Part shown: in pieces, positions 1-8,964 of the stretch
Layout: each line of letters begins with the position of its first letter
Numbering within the stretch: the stretch's first letter is position 1
Origin: an uncultured Alphaproteobacteria bacterium
GTDB taxonomy: Bacteria; Pseudomonadota; Alphaproteobacteria; Rhizobiales; Xanthobacteraceae
Direction of reading: 5' to 3'
NCBI GenBank assembly: GCA_963760435.1
Contig: CAVXDE010000016.1
Span: 1-38,934 of the forward strand
DNA length: 38,934 nucleotides
Program-made: the position numbers and the translations under genes
Notes under the pieces: model-generated
What the model saw: the letters and a program-made list of their open reading frames with translations, nothing else
Told to the model about the DNA's origin: nothing
The model's database searches: none

Positions 1-2
1 AA

Positions 3-418
3 ATGTCCGAAACCGATCAGAAGTTCAAGCAGTCTCAACCTGTATCAACAAATTCGGCGCGGATTCTTGTTGTCGATGACGACGAAGAGCTTCTCGAGGT
101 TACGTCGGCGACATTGAGTGGATTCGGCCACCACGTCGTATGCGCCGAAGCGGGCGCGACGCGCTCGGCGTGCTCGAGACCGACAAGCCGATCGATCTTT
201 TGTTCAGCGACGTCGTGACGCCGAACGGAATCACTGGTATCGAGCTCGCCCGAGAAGCGAAGCGATTGCGGCCCGGCATCAAGGTGCTGCTGATCTCCGG
301 CAACTCCGCAGAGGCGCTGGCGCGTTACGGCGCCCTGGACGAATTTCCGATCGTGGGCAAACCCTTGACCCGAGCGGATTTGGCGCGGCGGCTCGCATCG
401 GTGCTGGGCACGGCCTGA
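3..418 (+). pseudogene. Single-domain CheY-like response regulator receiver (REC), split across two frames by an apparent 1-nt frameshift near nt 153-158
   Basis: ORF 3..218 gives MSETDQ...ARILVVDDDEELLEV...GHHVVCAEAG (acidic pocket). ORF 140..418 in the -1 frame continues a canonical REC: RDALGVLETDKPIDLLFSDVVTPNGITGIELA...IKVLLISGN (phospho-acceptor Asp in LLFSD, conserved K). Joining AEAG to RDALG would reuse the c at nt 155. Confidence 0.6.
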
Positions 419-429
419 GCGTGGGTCGC

Positions 430-1773
430 CTACTTGAGCCCGAGCGTATCAAATTCCGCCGCGACATCGGGGGCCAACGCTTGGGCAGCCGCGGTGTCGG
501 CCTTGCCGCCGTCGGCATCGCCGGCGCGCCCCTTGGCAATTCCGCGGCCATAGAGCGCGAACGGCTCCTGCGGATCACGCCGCAGCGTCAGATCATAATC
601 GGCAATGGCTTTGTGCGGCTCGCCCATCTTCAAATACACCAGCGCACGCCGGTCCAACAAAATCGGATCGTCGGGTTTGAGCTTGAGACCGGCATCGCAG
701 TCGTCGCGCGCGCCGTCGAGATCCGTGCCGACGATCAGCCGCGCCCAGCACCTGTTGCTGAATGCAAACGCCGATTGCGGATCAAGCTTGATCGCTTGCG
801 TGAAATCCTCGATCGCCCGCGGGTAGTCCTTCTTGTCCAGATAGGCGAGCCCGCGTCCGTTGAAATCGTTGGCGTTGCCCGGGTCAAGCCGCAGCGCCTC
901 GTTGAAGTCGGCAATCGCATGATCGAGGTCGCCGTGCGCCCGCCAGGCGCGCGCGCGATTGCCATACGCATAGGCATAGGTCGGATCGACGTGGATCGCC
1001 TCGCTATAGTCGGCGATCGCGTGGTCGTAGTCATGCCGCGCCTGGTTCACGAGCCCGCGGCTGTAGAGCGCGCGCACGTGGCGATGGTTGAGCCGGATCG
1101 CCTGCGTGAAATCCGCCATCGCGCGCTCGTAATCCGGCTGGTTGTAGTGCACCAGGCCGCGCCCCACATAGGCATCGGCATCTTTCGGATCGAGGCGGAT
1201 GGCTTCGTCGAAGTCGGCGATTGCGTCCTTGAAATCACCCTTCGTCGCATAGGCGTCGCCGCGATTGACGAACATGCGCACGCGCTTGGGCTCGAGCTTG
1301 ATCGCGGCGGTGTAGTCGGCGATTGCGTGCTCGACATCGCCTTTGGCGAGGTAGGTCTCGGCCCGGTTGGCAATCGCCGCGCGGTGCGCCGGGTCGATCA
1401 TCAGCGCGGCGGTGTAGTCGGCAATCGCCTGGTCGAGATCGCCCTTAACGCCGTTGGCATTGCCGCGATTGGAGAGAGCGCTCACGTATTGCGGATTGAG
1501 CCGGATCGCGGACGTGTAGTCGGCGATCGCCTGGTCGATGTCGCCGATGCCGTAATAAGCGTTGCCGCGATTATAGAAGGCGATTGCTTGGTATTTGCGC
1601 GTTTCGCGGCCCGCCTTGAGCACCGCGGTGCAGCCGCTGATCGCCTTCTCGGCCGGGTAGGCGTTGCCGTCATTGGCGCAGCGCGCCCAGTCGAGCGCCT
1701 GCTGCGCGGCGGCCGGCGTCGCTGCCAGGAACGCGATACAGCACAACCACTGCCGCAACCGGCGAGCCGACAT
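430..1773 (-). CDS. TPR-repeat protein with N-terminal signal peptide; about 12 tandem 34-aa repeats of the type xAIADYxxAIxLxP....NRGxAY
   Basis: ORF 430..1827(-); the ATG at 1773 follows a GAGGTGG RBS and yields MSARRLRQWLCCIAFLAATPAAAQQ (signal peptide). Repeated AIADY(T/S)xAI(R/K)L(N/D)P motifs; 102-nt periodicity is visible in the DNA (gtagtcggcgatcgc recurring). Confidence 0.85.
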   Translation of the reverse strand: MSARRLRQWLCCIAFLAATPAAAQQALDWARCANDGNAYPAEKAISGCTAVLKAGRETRKYQAIAFYNRGNAYYGIGDIDQAIADYTSAIRLNPQYVSALSNRGNANGVKGDLDQAIADYTAALMIDPAHRAAIANRAETYLAKGDVEHAIADYTAAIKLEPKRVRMFVNRGDAYATKGDFKDAIADFDEAIRLDPKDADAYVGRGLVHYNQPDYERAMADFTQAIRLNHRHVRALYSRGLVNQARHDYDHAIADYSEAIHVDPTYAYAYGNRARAWRAHGDLDHAIADFNEALRLDPGNANDFNGRGLAYLDKKDYPRAIEDFTQAIKLDPQSAFAFSNRCWARLIVGTDLDGARDDCDAGLKLKPDDPILLDRRALVYLKMGEPHKAIADYDLTLRRDPQEPFALYGRGIAKGRAGDADGGKADTAAAQALAPDVAAEFDTLGLK

Positions 1774-1906
1774 TCCAGCCACCTCAGCGGCCCGCGCGTC
1801 TTTTCCAAAAAGGAAAGGCGCAAGCACGCAATGTTAATTGCAGTTCGAGGCGCTAAGACTACAAGCAAATTCGCCAGATTGGCTAGTTCTTCGGAAAGGC
1901 CGTCCC

Positions 1907-3229
1907 ATGACCAAGCCCCTGCCACGCAACGATATCGAATCCCAGTGGATGCCGTTCACGGCCAACCGGCAGTTCAAGGCCGCGCCGCGCATGATCGTCT
2001 CGGCGCAGGGGATGTACTACACGTCCCAGGATGGCCGCCGGATCCTCGACGGAACCGCGGGCCTGTGGTGCTGCAACGCCGGCCATGCGCACCCCAAGAT
2101 CGTCGAGGCCGTGCGCGAGCAGGTCGGCCGCCTCGACTACGCCCCGGGGTTCCAGATGGGCCACCCGCTCGCCTTCGAGGCCGCGGCGCGGGTTGCCGGC
2201 ATGCTGCCGGGCGATCTCGACCGCGTGTTCTTCACCAACTCGGGCTCGGAATCCGTCGACACGGCGCTCAAGATCGCGCTCGCCTATCATCGCGTGCGCG
2301 GCGAGGCGGCGCGCACGCGGCTGATCGGGCGCGAGCGCGGCTATCACGGCGTCGGCTTCGGCGGCATCTCGGTCGGCGGCATCTCCAACAATCGCAAGCT
2401 GTTCGGCGCGCTCCTCCCCGGCGTCGACCATCTGCCGCACACCCATGATCTCGAGCACAACGCGTTCACGCGCGGCCAGCCCGAATGGGGCGCGCATCTC
2501 GCCGATGCCCTGGAGCGGATCGTGCAGCTGCACGATCCCTCGACCATCGCCGCCGTCATCGTCGAGCCGATGGCCGGCTCGACCGGCGTGCTGGTGCCGC
2601 CGCTCGGCTACCTCGAGCGCCTGCGCGCGATCTGCGATCGCTACGGCATCCTGCTGATCTTCGATGAAGTGATCACCGGGTTCGGCCGGCTCGGCTCGAG
2701 CTTCGCGGCGGAGCATTTCGGCGTGCTGCCCGACATGGTGACGCTCGCCAAGGGCTTGACCAATGCGACGATCCCGATGGGCGCCGTCGGCGTGCGCGAG
2801 GGCATCTATCACGCCTTCATGAGCGGACCCGCGGAAGCAATCGAGCTGCCGCACGGCTACACCTATTCGGGCCATCCGGTCGCGGCCGCGGCGGCGCTTG
2901 CCGCGATGGATGTGTACGAACAGGAAGAGCTGTTCGGACGCGCGGCCGAGCTCGCGCCCTATTTCGAGGACGCCGCGCATGCGCTGCGCGAGCGCCAGCA
3001 CGTGATCGACGTCCGCAATATCGGCCTCGTCGCCGGGATCGAGCTGACCCCGCGCCCGGGCGAGCCAACCCGCCGCGCCTATGAGACGTTCGTGAAGTGC
3101 TACGAGCGCGGCGTGTTGATCCGCACCACCGGCGACACCATCGCGCTCTCGCCGCCGCTGATCATCAACAAGAGCGAGATCGATACGCTATTCGGCACCA
3201 TCGGCGAGGTGATTGATACGGTGCATTGA
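1907..3229 (+). CDS. Class III (omega) aminotransferase, beta-alanine--pyruvate / omega-amino acid:pyruvate transaminase-like
   Basis: ATG at 1907 after a GGAAAGG RBS. Strong similarity to characterised omega-APT: WMPFTANRQF, DGTAGLWCCNAGH, FFTNSGSESVDTALK, IFDEVITGFGRLG, HGYTYSGHPVA. Confidence 0.9.
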   Translation: MTKPLPRNDIESQWMPFTANRQFKAAPRMIVSAQGMYYTSQDGRRILDGTAGLWCCNAGHAHPKIVEAVREQVGRLDYAPGFQMGHPLAFEAAARVAGMLPGDLDRVFFTNSGSESVDTALKIALAYHRVRGEAARTRLIGRERGYHGVGFGGISVGGISNNRKLFGALLPGVDHLPHTHDLEHNAFTRGQPEWGAHLADALERIVQLHDPSTIAAVIVEPMAGSTGVLVPPLGYLERLRAICDRYGILLIFDEVITGFGRLGSSFAAEHFGVLPDMVTLAKGLTNATIPMGAVGVREGIYHAFMSGPAEAIELPHGYTYSGHPVAAAAALAAMDVYEQEELFGRAAELAPYFEDAAHALRERQHVIDVRNIGLVAGIELTPRPGEPTRRAYETFVKCYERGVLIRTTGDTIALSPPLIINKSEIDTLFGTIGEVIDTVH

Positions 3230-3257
3230 ACAAACAATGCTTGACCGTGCGGCGTCT

Positions 3258-3436
3258 TACCTCTCCCCGCTTGCGGGCAGAGGTCGACTTTCGAGCGCAG
3301 CGAAGAAAGTCGGGTGAGGGGGCCTCTCCACAACGTCAGAGTTTGTGGCTAGGCCCCCTCACCCGGCGCTTTGCGCCGACCCCGGATCAAGTCCGGGGCA
3401 GGCTCTCTCCCCGCAAGCGGGGAGAGGTAAGAGTTG
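3258..3436. repeat. REP-like nested-palindrome intergenic element, copy A
   Basis: Outer inverted arms cttacctctccccgcttgcgggcag / ctgcccgcaagcggggagaggtaag. Inner perfect 13-bp stem gggtgagggggcc / ggccccctcaccc with a loop that itself contains ccacaa..ttgtgg. This is followed by ggcgctttgcgccgaccccgga-tcaag-tccgggg. Shares its architecture and the GGCGCT..GCGCCGACCC core with the element at 7518-7668. Confidence 0.8.
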
Positions 3437-3448
3437 CGAGGTCGCTGA

Positions 3449-4393
3449 CTATGGACTGGCGTTGTTCAACAACTTCTCCGGCGGCGGGCCGCCCCATTGC
3501 GAGACCAGCGCTTCCTCGGCCGGAACCAGGTTGGAGCCGTTCTTCACGTTGAGGCGGTCGCTGTCCGCCCAGTGCTCGTGCGTGCGGCCCCACGGATCGG
3601 ACCAGTAATCATAGACCTGGCTGCCCAGCACGTGGCGGCCGATGCCCCACATGTGCTCGTAGCCGCATTGGGTCAAGTAATCGTGGCCGATGCAAACGTC
3701 GTCGATGTCCTGCACCTCGAACGACAGGTGGTTGAGCCCGGTCTTCTCGTGCCTCAGCACGAAGAAAACGTGGTGATCAACGAAAGTGTCGCCGCAGTCG
3801 AGGCGGTTGAACGAGCCGATCAGATGCTCCTTCTCGCCCGCGTAGACATCGTCGGAACAGATAAAACCCAGGTAGTCGCGGAACCATGCCAAGGTTTCCT
3901 CGAACTTCGGCGTGTTGAGCACGCCGTGGGCGATGCGCTTGACGCTCGATGGGCCTTTTTTGATCCGCATCAGTTCGCCGGCGCGCGCGAGTGGCTCGGG
4001 TCCGCTGTTGACCCGCTGCCGCTTCACCGGAATGGGTGCAAGCTTCTCCATCCCGTAGATCACTTCGATCTGGTAGCCATTCGGCTCGGTCAGCCGCACG
4101 CGCTGGCCGCCGCCCGGCTCATCGAGATGCTCGACCCCGGACGCGCCCGGTGCCTTGGCCAGACGCTTGAGATCGTCCTCGCTCGCGGCGTGATAGGCAA
4201 AGCCCACGAACTTCGAATCGCCCTTCTCGGTGACGTGGATATGGTGTGGCGGGTCGGTGCCGCGCATGTAGAGCGCGGTCGGCGTGCGCGCGGTGCGCAC
4301 CAATCCGAACCGCGTCAGAAATTCTTCCGCTTTGTCGAGGTCGGGCGAGCGCAGGCGCCCGTACGCCATGTCCGCCACCTTGATGTAGGCCAT
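3449..4393 (-). CDS. Type I extradiol ring-cleavage dioxygenase (VOC/glyoxalase superfamily; BphC / catechol 2,3-dioxygenase-like)
   Basis: ATG at 4393 after GGAGGA. Two-VOC-module layout with motifs matching 2,3-dihydroxybiphenyl dioxygenases: IAHGVLNTP..FYRDYLGF, HHVFFV, LNHLSFEVQDIDDV, GIGRHVLGSQ. Confidence 0.8.
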   Translation of the reverse strand: MAYIKVADMAYGRLRSPDLDKAEEFLTRFGLVRTARTPTALYMRGTDPPHHIHVTEKGDSKFVGFAYHAASEDDLKRLAKAPGASGVEHLDEPGGGQRVRLTEPNGYQIEVIYGMEKLAPIPVKRQRVNSGPEPLARAGELMRIKKGPSSVKRIAHGVLNTPKFEETLAWFRDYLGFICSDDVYAGEKEHLIGSFNRLDCGDTFVDHHVFFVLRHEKTGLNHLSFEVQDIDDVCIGHDYLTQCGYEHMWGIGRHVLGSQVYDYWSDPWGRTHEHWADSDRLNVKNGSNLVPAEEALVSQWGGPPPEKLLNNASP

Positions 4394-4537
4394 CTGGTCT
4401 TCCTCCCTGATCAGTGCACCTAGATTCGAACAATTTGCCGCCGCGCGCAACCGTCTCCGGCACAGGGAGCCGATGTTGCATGGCCGAACATATACGGCTA
4501 CCAGTCGCGCGCGGCCGGACCTGAGAGGGAGCAGAGC

Positions 4538-5041
4538 ATGCGCTTGCCCAACCGCTATCGCCGATTGGACGGCCTCCTGCTCGGCCTAGTGACCGCGCTC
4601 GTCCTTGCGGCCGCGCCGCAGGCCAAAGCCGAGCCAGGCCCGTTCGCGGCGCTCGCCGGATCGTGGTCCGGCGGCGGGCAAGTGAACATGTCCGATGGGT
4701 CCGTGGATCGCCTGCGCTGCAAGGCAACCTATTCGGTCGGCGGTGGCGGGGCCACCGCGACCCTGAACCTGCGCTGTGCAAGCGACAGCTACAACTTCGA
4801 TCTCACTGGCAACGTGCGCAGCCAGGGCGGCACCGTGTCGGGAACCTGGACGGAGGCGACCCGTGGCATCGGCGGCACTGTCAGTGGCACCGCTGCCCCC
4901 AACGGCATCAGCCTGCAGGTGATCGGCCCGACCTTCGCGGCCGGGTTGGCCCTGTCGGTGAACGGCAACAAACAGGCCATTTCGATCTCCGCCCCGGCCT
5001 CGGAGATCCGGTCCGCCAGCATCTCCCTCACCAAGAGCTGA
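4538..5041 (+). CDS. Secreted hypothetical protein (signal peptide, Gly/Thr/Ser-rich, 2 Cys)
   Basis: GGAG RBS; MRLPNRYRRLDGLLLGLVTALVLAAAPQAKA signal peptide; good GC3 codon bias; no recognisable domain. Confidence 0.55.
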   Translation: MRLPNRYRRLDGLLLGLVTALVLAAAPQAKAEPGPFAALAGSWSGGGQVNMSDGSVDRLRCKATYSVGGGGATATLNLRCASDSYNFDLTGNVRSQGGTVSGTWTEATRGIGGTVSGTAAPNGISLQVIGPTFAAGLALSVNGNKQAISISAPASEIRSASISLTKS

Positions 5042-7417
5042 TCACCCGCGCCTGCGAAACAGCGGCAACGTGCGCAGATAGGTGAAGGTCGGGCGCAGGA
5101 TCAGGAAGTCCGCGACCAGCGCGGCCAGCATGGCAAGCGCGCTCAGCCACCCGAACAGCCGCAGCGACGGCAAGTCGGAGAACACCGTCACCGCGAGCCC
5201 GCAGGCGAGCACGATCGACGTCACCACCAGCGGCGGGCCCATCTGCACGGTCGCCCGCTCCACGCCGGCCTTGGGATCCTCATCCGGCGTCTCCTCGAAG
5301 CGGAGCCGGTTGAGGAAGTGGATGGTCGCGCTCAGGCCGAGCCCAAAGCTCACGATCAGCGCAATTGCGCTCGCGAACTGCAGCCCCTCGCCCATGATCC
5401 AAAGCACGGTGCCGGCGAGGAACACCGGGAAGATCGCTGGCGGCATCACGGCCAGCATGACCATCACCGAACCGAAAGCGATGCCGATGAACGCCGCCAC
5501 GAATACAATTTCGATCGTCAGCCCGCGATTGAGCTTGTCGATCATCGCTGCGCTGTTGCGCGCAGCAAGCGCGGAGAGCCCGGTGACCGCGACCTCATAG
5601 CCGGGAAACTCCGTGCGCACGCGATCGAGCTTGTGATCGAGGTCCTGCACGAGCGGCAGGAGGTTGCTCGCGTCCGCATCGGGTACGCGCCCGCTCACCA
5701 CCACCGCGTCCTGCTCCTGCGAGATGAAGCGCCGTGTCAGATATTTGGGGAGAATATCGACATATTGTTTGAGGGTGACCACGTCGGCCATGCCATTGCG
5801 TTCGGCAAGCCAGCGGCGCAGCGTCTCCAGCGACCAGACATTGCCGACACCAGGCTCGCGCTCGAGCACCGAATGCACGTTGGCGATGATGGCGAGCGAC
5901 TTCGGCGTGTAGAGCGACTGCCCGGCCGGGAACTTGATCATCACGTCGATTGGGTTGGAGCCGGTGAGCTTGCTGTCGATGCGCGAGCTCGCCGCCACCG
6001 CCTGCTCACGATCGGGAACCTGATCGGCGAGCCGGTAGCGCGGCTGCAGGTTCACGTAGATCGCTCCGAGGATGACGATGATCACGATGCCGGCGAGCGT
6101 ATAACGGCCCGGATGGCCGACCATCTTGGCGGCGATCCAGCCGCAGAACCGCTGCAGCGCGTTGAGCGGTCCGCTGGTGGTGCGGTCATGGAGGGCGAGG
6201 TCCTGCTTGCCGCGGATCAGCAGGATTCCCAGGAGCGGAATGAGCGTGAGCACGGCAACAAGCGCGATCAGGCTCGCAATCAGGCCGGCCTGACCGAAGG
6301 TGCGGATGAGGTCGGACTCGGAGATCTGCAAAGCCAGGAACGACAGCGCCGCCGCCCCATGGGTGAGCACACACGCGGGACCGACGATATGCAGCGCGTT
6401 GCGAAAGGCCTGGCGCGTGTCGTCGCCGGCGATGAGCCGCGCGCGCGCCGCGAACGTGAGCTGCATCGAATCGGAGAACGTGATCACCATGATCAGCGGC
6501 GTCATCACGTTGAGAAACATGTTCAGCCGAAACCCGAGCCAGCCCAGCGTGCCGAGCGCCAGCAGGATCGCAATCAGCGGCGGCGCCGCGGCAATGATCA
6601 TGAACGACGGGCGGCCGAAGAAGATCACCGCAATCAGGCATCCGAGCGCAAAGCCGAATGCGTTGTAGATCAACCGATCGCGCTCGACCGCGTTGCGAAT
6701 CTCGAGTTGCATTGTCGGAACGCCGGAGAGCTTCACGTACAGCCCGGTGCTGCCGAGGTCGGTCTTGATCGTGTCCTGGATCTGGCGGACCACGTCGGCG
6801 AGCGCGTTGGAGCGTACCGTCGCGGGCTCGAGCGCGAGTACCACCAAGGCCAGCGTACCATCGTCCGATAGAAGCTTGCCGCGAATGATGTCGTTCGACA
6901 TCACGCGCTGGATCAACTCGTCGTAAGCCGCGCCTTCCGGCAGGTCGGCGGGAAACAGCGGCGGCGGAACGCCGCCTGCCTGCGACGGCGGCAGGCGCGC
7001 CGAGAACATCGACACCAGCCCCCGCGTGCCATCGATCAGCTGCAGGTCGGTGACGAAGTCGCGGAATTTCGCGAGGTTGTCGCGCGCGAGCAGCGTCTTG
7101 CCCTCGAGCACCACCAGCACATCGAATTCGTTGGAGGGAAAGCGCTGTGTCAGCTCCTCATATTGTTTGAACTCAGGCGTGTCGGATTGAAACAAGCGGC
7201 TGAGCGAATCATCGACCTGGATGCGCGTGAGCCCGACCGCCGCGGCGATGGTCAGCACCACGAACAGCACGCCGACAATCACCGGATGCGCGAGCGAGAT
7301 GAGACCCAGCCGCTCGATGCCGAGCGCGATCGGCCGGCGCGCCGCCGCATGACCCAACGCCGAGCCGTCGCCATGCGGCTTGGCACCAGATTGGTCGAAA
7401 CCGGCGAATTGATTCAT
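5042..7417 (-). CDS. MMPL/RND-superfamily transporter (HpnN-like paralog, 791 aa)
   Basis: Multiple TM helices; two MMPL halves (FPSNEFDVLVVLEG.. region and second half); overall architecture parallels hpnN at 33288. Its stop abuts the convergent gene's stop as TGATCA. Confidence 0.8.
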   Translation of the reverse strand: MNQFAGFDQSGAKPHGDGSALGHAAARRPIALGIERLGLISLAHPVIVGVLFVVLTIAAAVGLTRIQVDDSLSRLFQSDTPEFKQYEELTQRFPSNEFDVLVVLEGKTLLARDNLAKFRDFVTDLQLIDGTRGLVSMFSARLPPSQAGGVPPPLFPADLPEGAAYDELIQRVMSNDIIRGKLLSDDGTLALVVLALEPATVRSNALADVVRQIQDTIKTDLGSTGLYVKLSGVPTMQLEIRNAVERDRLIYNAFGFALGCLIAVIFFGRPSFMIIAAAPPLIAILLALGTLGWLGFRLNMFLNVMTPLIMVITFSDSMQLTFAARARLIAGDDTRQAFRNALHIVGPACVLTHGAAALSFLALQISESDLIRTFGQAGLIASLIALVAVLTLIPLLGILLIRGKQDLALHDRTTSGPLNALQRFCGWIAAKMVGHPGRYTLAGIVIIVILGAIYVNLQPRYRLADQVPDREQAVAASSRIDSKLTGSNPIDVMIKFPAGQSLYTPKSLAIIANVHSVLEREPGVGNVWSLETLRRWLAERNGMADVVTLKQYVDILPKYLTRRFISQEQDAVVVSGRVPDADASNLLPLVQDLDHKLDRVRTEFPGYEVAVTGLSALAARNSAAMIDKLNRGLTIEIVFVAAFIGIAFGSVMVMLAVMPPAIFPVFLAGTVLWIMGEGLQFASAIALIVSFGLGLSATIHFLNRLRFEETPDEDPKAGVERATVQMGPPLVVTSIVLACGLAVTVFSDLPSLRLFGWLSALAMLAALVADFLILRPTFTYLRTLPLFRRRG

Positions 7418-7517
7418 TACGGCCCTTTCGAACGGCGCTGCCGTTTTACATCCGGTGCCCGGTATAGAGAGGGTGTCGCGCGAACGAAAGCGGACGGTTG
7501 AGGGCGGTGCGGCTCGG

Positions 7518-7668
7518 CTACCCTCCCGCTTGTGGGGAGGGTCGCTCGCCGTAGGCGAGCGGGGTGGGGGTAGCAGTGTGAGATCGCGGCGCGTGCGACA
7601 GCAACACTTCGACCCCCACCCCGGCGCTGCGCGCCGACCCTCCCCACAAGGGGGAGGGTAAAAAACCC
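7518..7668. repeat. REP-like nested-palindrome intergenic element, copy B
   Basis: Outer arms taccctcccgcttgtggggagggtcg / cgaccctccccacaagggggagggta (1 mismatch). Inner stem ggggtgggggt / acccccacccc. Followed by ggcgctgcgcgccgaccctcc. Same family as copy A. Confidence 0.8.
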
Positions 7669-7671
7669 CAC

Positions 7672-8832
7672 CTACCTCGCACCCGTCTCCACCACTGCGG
7701 CACGCGGATTTTTTGCTACCATCCGCCCGATCGTATTGAAATTCGCTTTTTGCTGATCGCTGAGCAACGCGTACACATTGCCGAGTGCGCGGCCTACAAT
7801 CATTGCGGCATAAAGCATCGTGTTCAAGCGATCACCCGCCGCATCGAGCCGCTGCAGCGGCGTCGTGAGCGCCTGGCGCGGGCAGGACGACGCGACCGCT
7901 TGCGCCATCTGCAGCGAGATTTGACGCAGCATTTCCAGCGCCGCGCGTTGCTGGTCATTGGGCTCGATCACCTGCTCGATCTGATCGCGCGGCCATGCGA
8001 CTGGCACCGCGTCGGCCGTGCACGCGACTTTGTTAGCTGGCGTATCGAGCCGGGCACGCTGCTGCTCGTTCAGGGCGTTGTAGGCCTTCTCCACCGGCGT
8101 GCGCAGCGTCAGCATCGCCTGGCGCAACGCCCACAGCCGGTCAGAGATCGCTTTCATGCGCTCGGGCGGCGCAGTGGTGGCAAACGCCTGGGCGCAGGCC
8201 GCATCGATGCGCGCCAGGGCCCGGACCATCGCATCGTGCAGGTCATCGAAGGCTGGACGTTGCTCCGGCGTCAGCGCGAGCCGGTCCTCGATTTGTTTGA
8301 ACCCGGCGTCCGCCGCATCGGCATTCGTCGCCGCACAGTCCTGCGCCCTCGCTCCGCCCGTCGCGCTCGGCAGCACGATCACGCCGGCGAGCACATCCCG
8401 GAAACCGTGGCTCCAGAACGCATTGTCAGGACCGCCGGGCGCAAAGGTGAACCCCGCAAGATCCTGATAAGCACCCGGCCAATAAACCGACGCCGGCGCC
8501 GGGGCGGCAGCCGCCGCGGTGCCGGCCCCCGAAGTGCCCGCTGCGGCTGCAGCTGCAACTCCTGCCCCTGCCCCCGCCACGGCGGCGCCCGGCACTGGGC
8601 TCCGCCGCGCGTACCGCCAGCGGGTCGCGCCCCAATGGCGCGCGTAATGCGCCGAATGAAATCGATGAGGGTGATACGCGTAGCGGTGATGATGCCCGCG
8701 GTGGGCGTGGCCCCCCAGCATCCGCAACGGCGAGGTCAGGATGCCCAACAGGCTCCGCGCCGGCGCCGGTTCCGGACCCAGCGCCCCCAGGGCGGCGCAG
8801 ATGGCGAGGCATACGAGCAATCGGCGACGCAT
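7672..8832 (-). CDS. Periplasmic Spy/CpxP-family-like (LTxxQ motif) protein with His-rich and Ala/Gly-rich N-terminal region
   Basis: ATG at 8832 after GGAG; signal peptide MRRRLLVCLAICAALGALG; His-rich HAHRGHHHRYAYHPHRFHSAHYARH; LTPEQR, LNEQQRARL and LSDQQKANF motifs typical of the CpxP/Spy LTXXQ family. Confidence 0.65.
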   Translation of the reverse strand: MRRRLLVCLAICAALGALGPEPAPARSLLGILTSPLRMLGGHAHRGHHHRYAYHPHRFHSAHYARHWGATRWRYARRSPVPGAAVAGAGAGVAAAAAAGTSGAGTAAAAAPAPASVYWPGAYQDLAGFTFAPGGPDNAFWSHGFRDVLAGVIVLPSATGGARAQDCAATNADAADAGFKQIEDRLALTPEQRPAFDDLHDAMVRALARIDAACAQAFATTAPPERMKAISDRLWALRQAMLTLRTPVEKAYNALNEQQRARLDTPANKVACTADAVPVAWPRDQIEQVIEPNDQQRAALEMLRQISLQMAQAVASSCPRQALTTPLQRLDAAGDRLNTMLYAAMIVGRALGNVYALLSDQQKANFNTIGRMVAKNPRAAVVETGAR

Positions 8833-8964
8833 GGCCACTCCGGCAGCTTGCGTCTGAACCAACTTTGGTCTGCCGGGTTGGGTTCCTGACCTTTGGTCTG
8901 TGAATTTGCCATCAAGGCCGAAAGCCGCTACCGGTCTGCCACCGAAATAGGCACGGAGGCTCGG

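Noticed and set aside
118-2448. 776-aa + strand ORF spanning the TPR gene and aminotransferase
   Set aside because: Arg/Ala/Gly-rich low-complexity translation antisense to a clearly real TPR gene and out of frame with the aminotransferase; a typical high-GC artefact.
1907-3229. Aminotransferase as the hopanoid aminotransferase HpnO
   Set aside because: Motifs match omega-amino acid:pyruvate (beta-alanine-pyruvate) transaminases much better than ornithine-aminotransferase-like HpnO, and it lies 7 kb from the hpn genes with unrelated genes between.
5039-5044. TGATCA stop-stop palindrome at the convergent junction of the secreted-protein gene and the MMPL gene
   Set aside because: Most likely coincidental juxtaposition of two stop codons; noted only because there is zero intergenic space for a terminator.
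5318-6871. 517-aa + strand ORF antisense to the MMPL transporter
   Set aside because: His/Arg/Asp/Glu-rich nonsense composition; the minus-strand product has coherent TM-helix architecture.
7750-8889. 379-aa + strand ORF antisense to the Spy/CpxP-like gene
   Set aside because: Arg-rich low-complexity sequence; the minus-strand product has a signal peptide and LTxxQ motifs.
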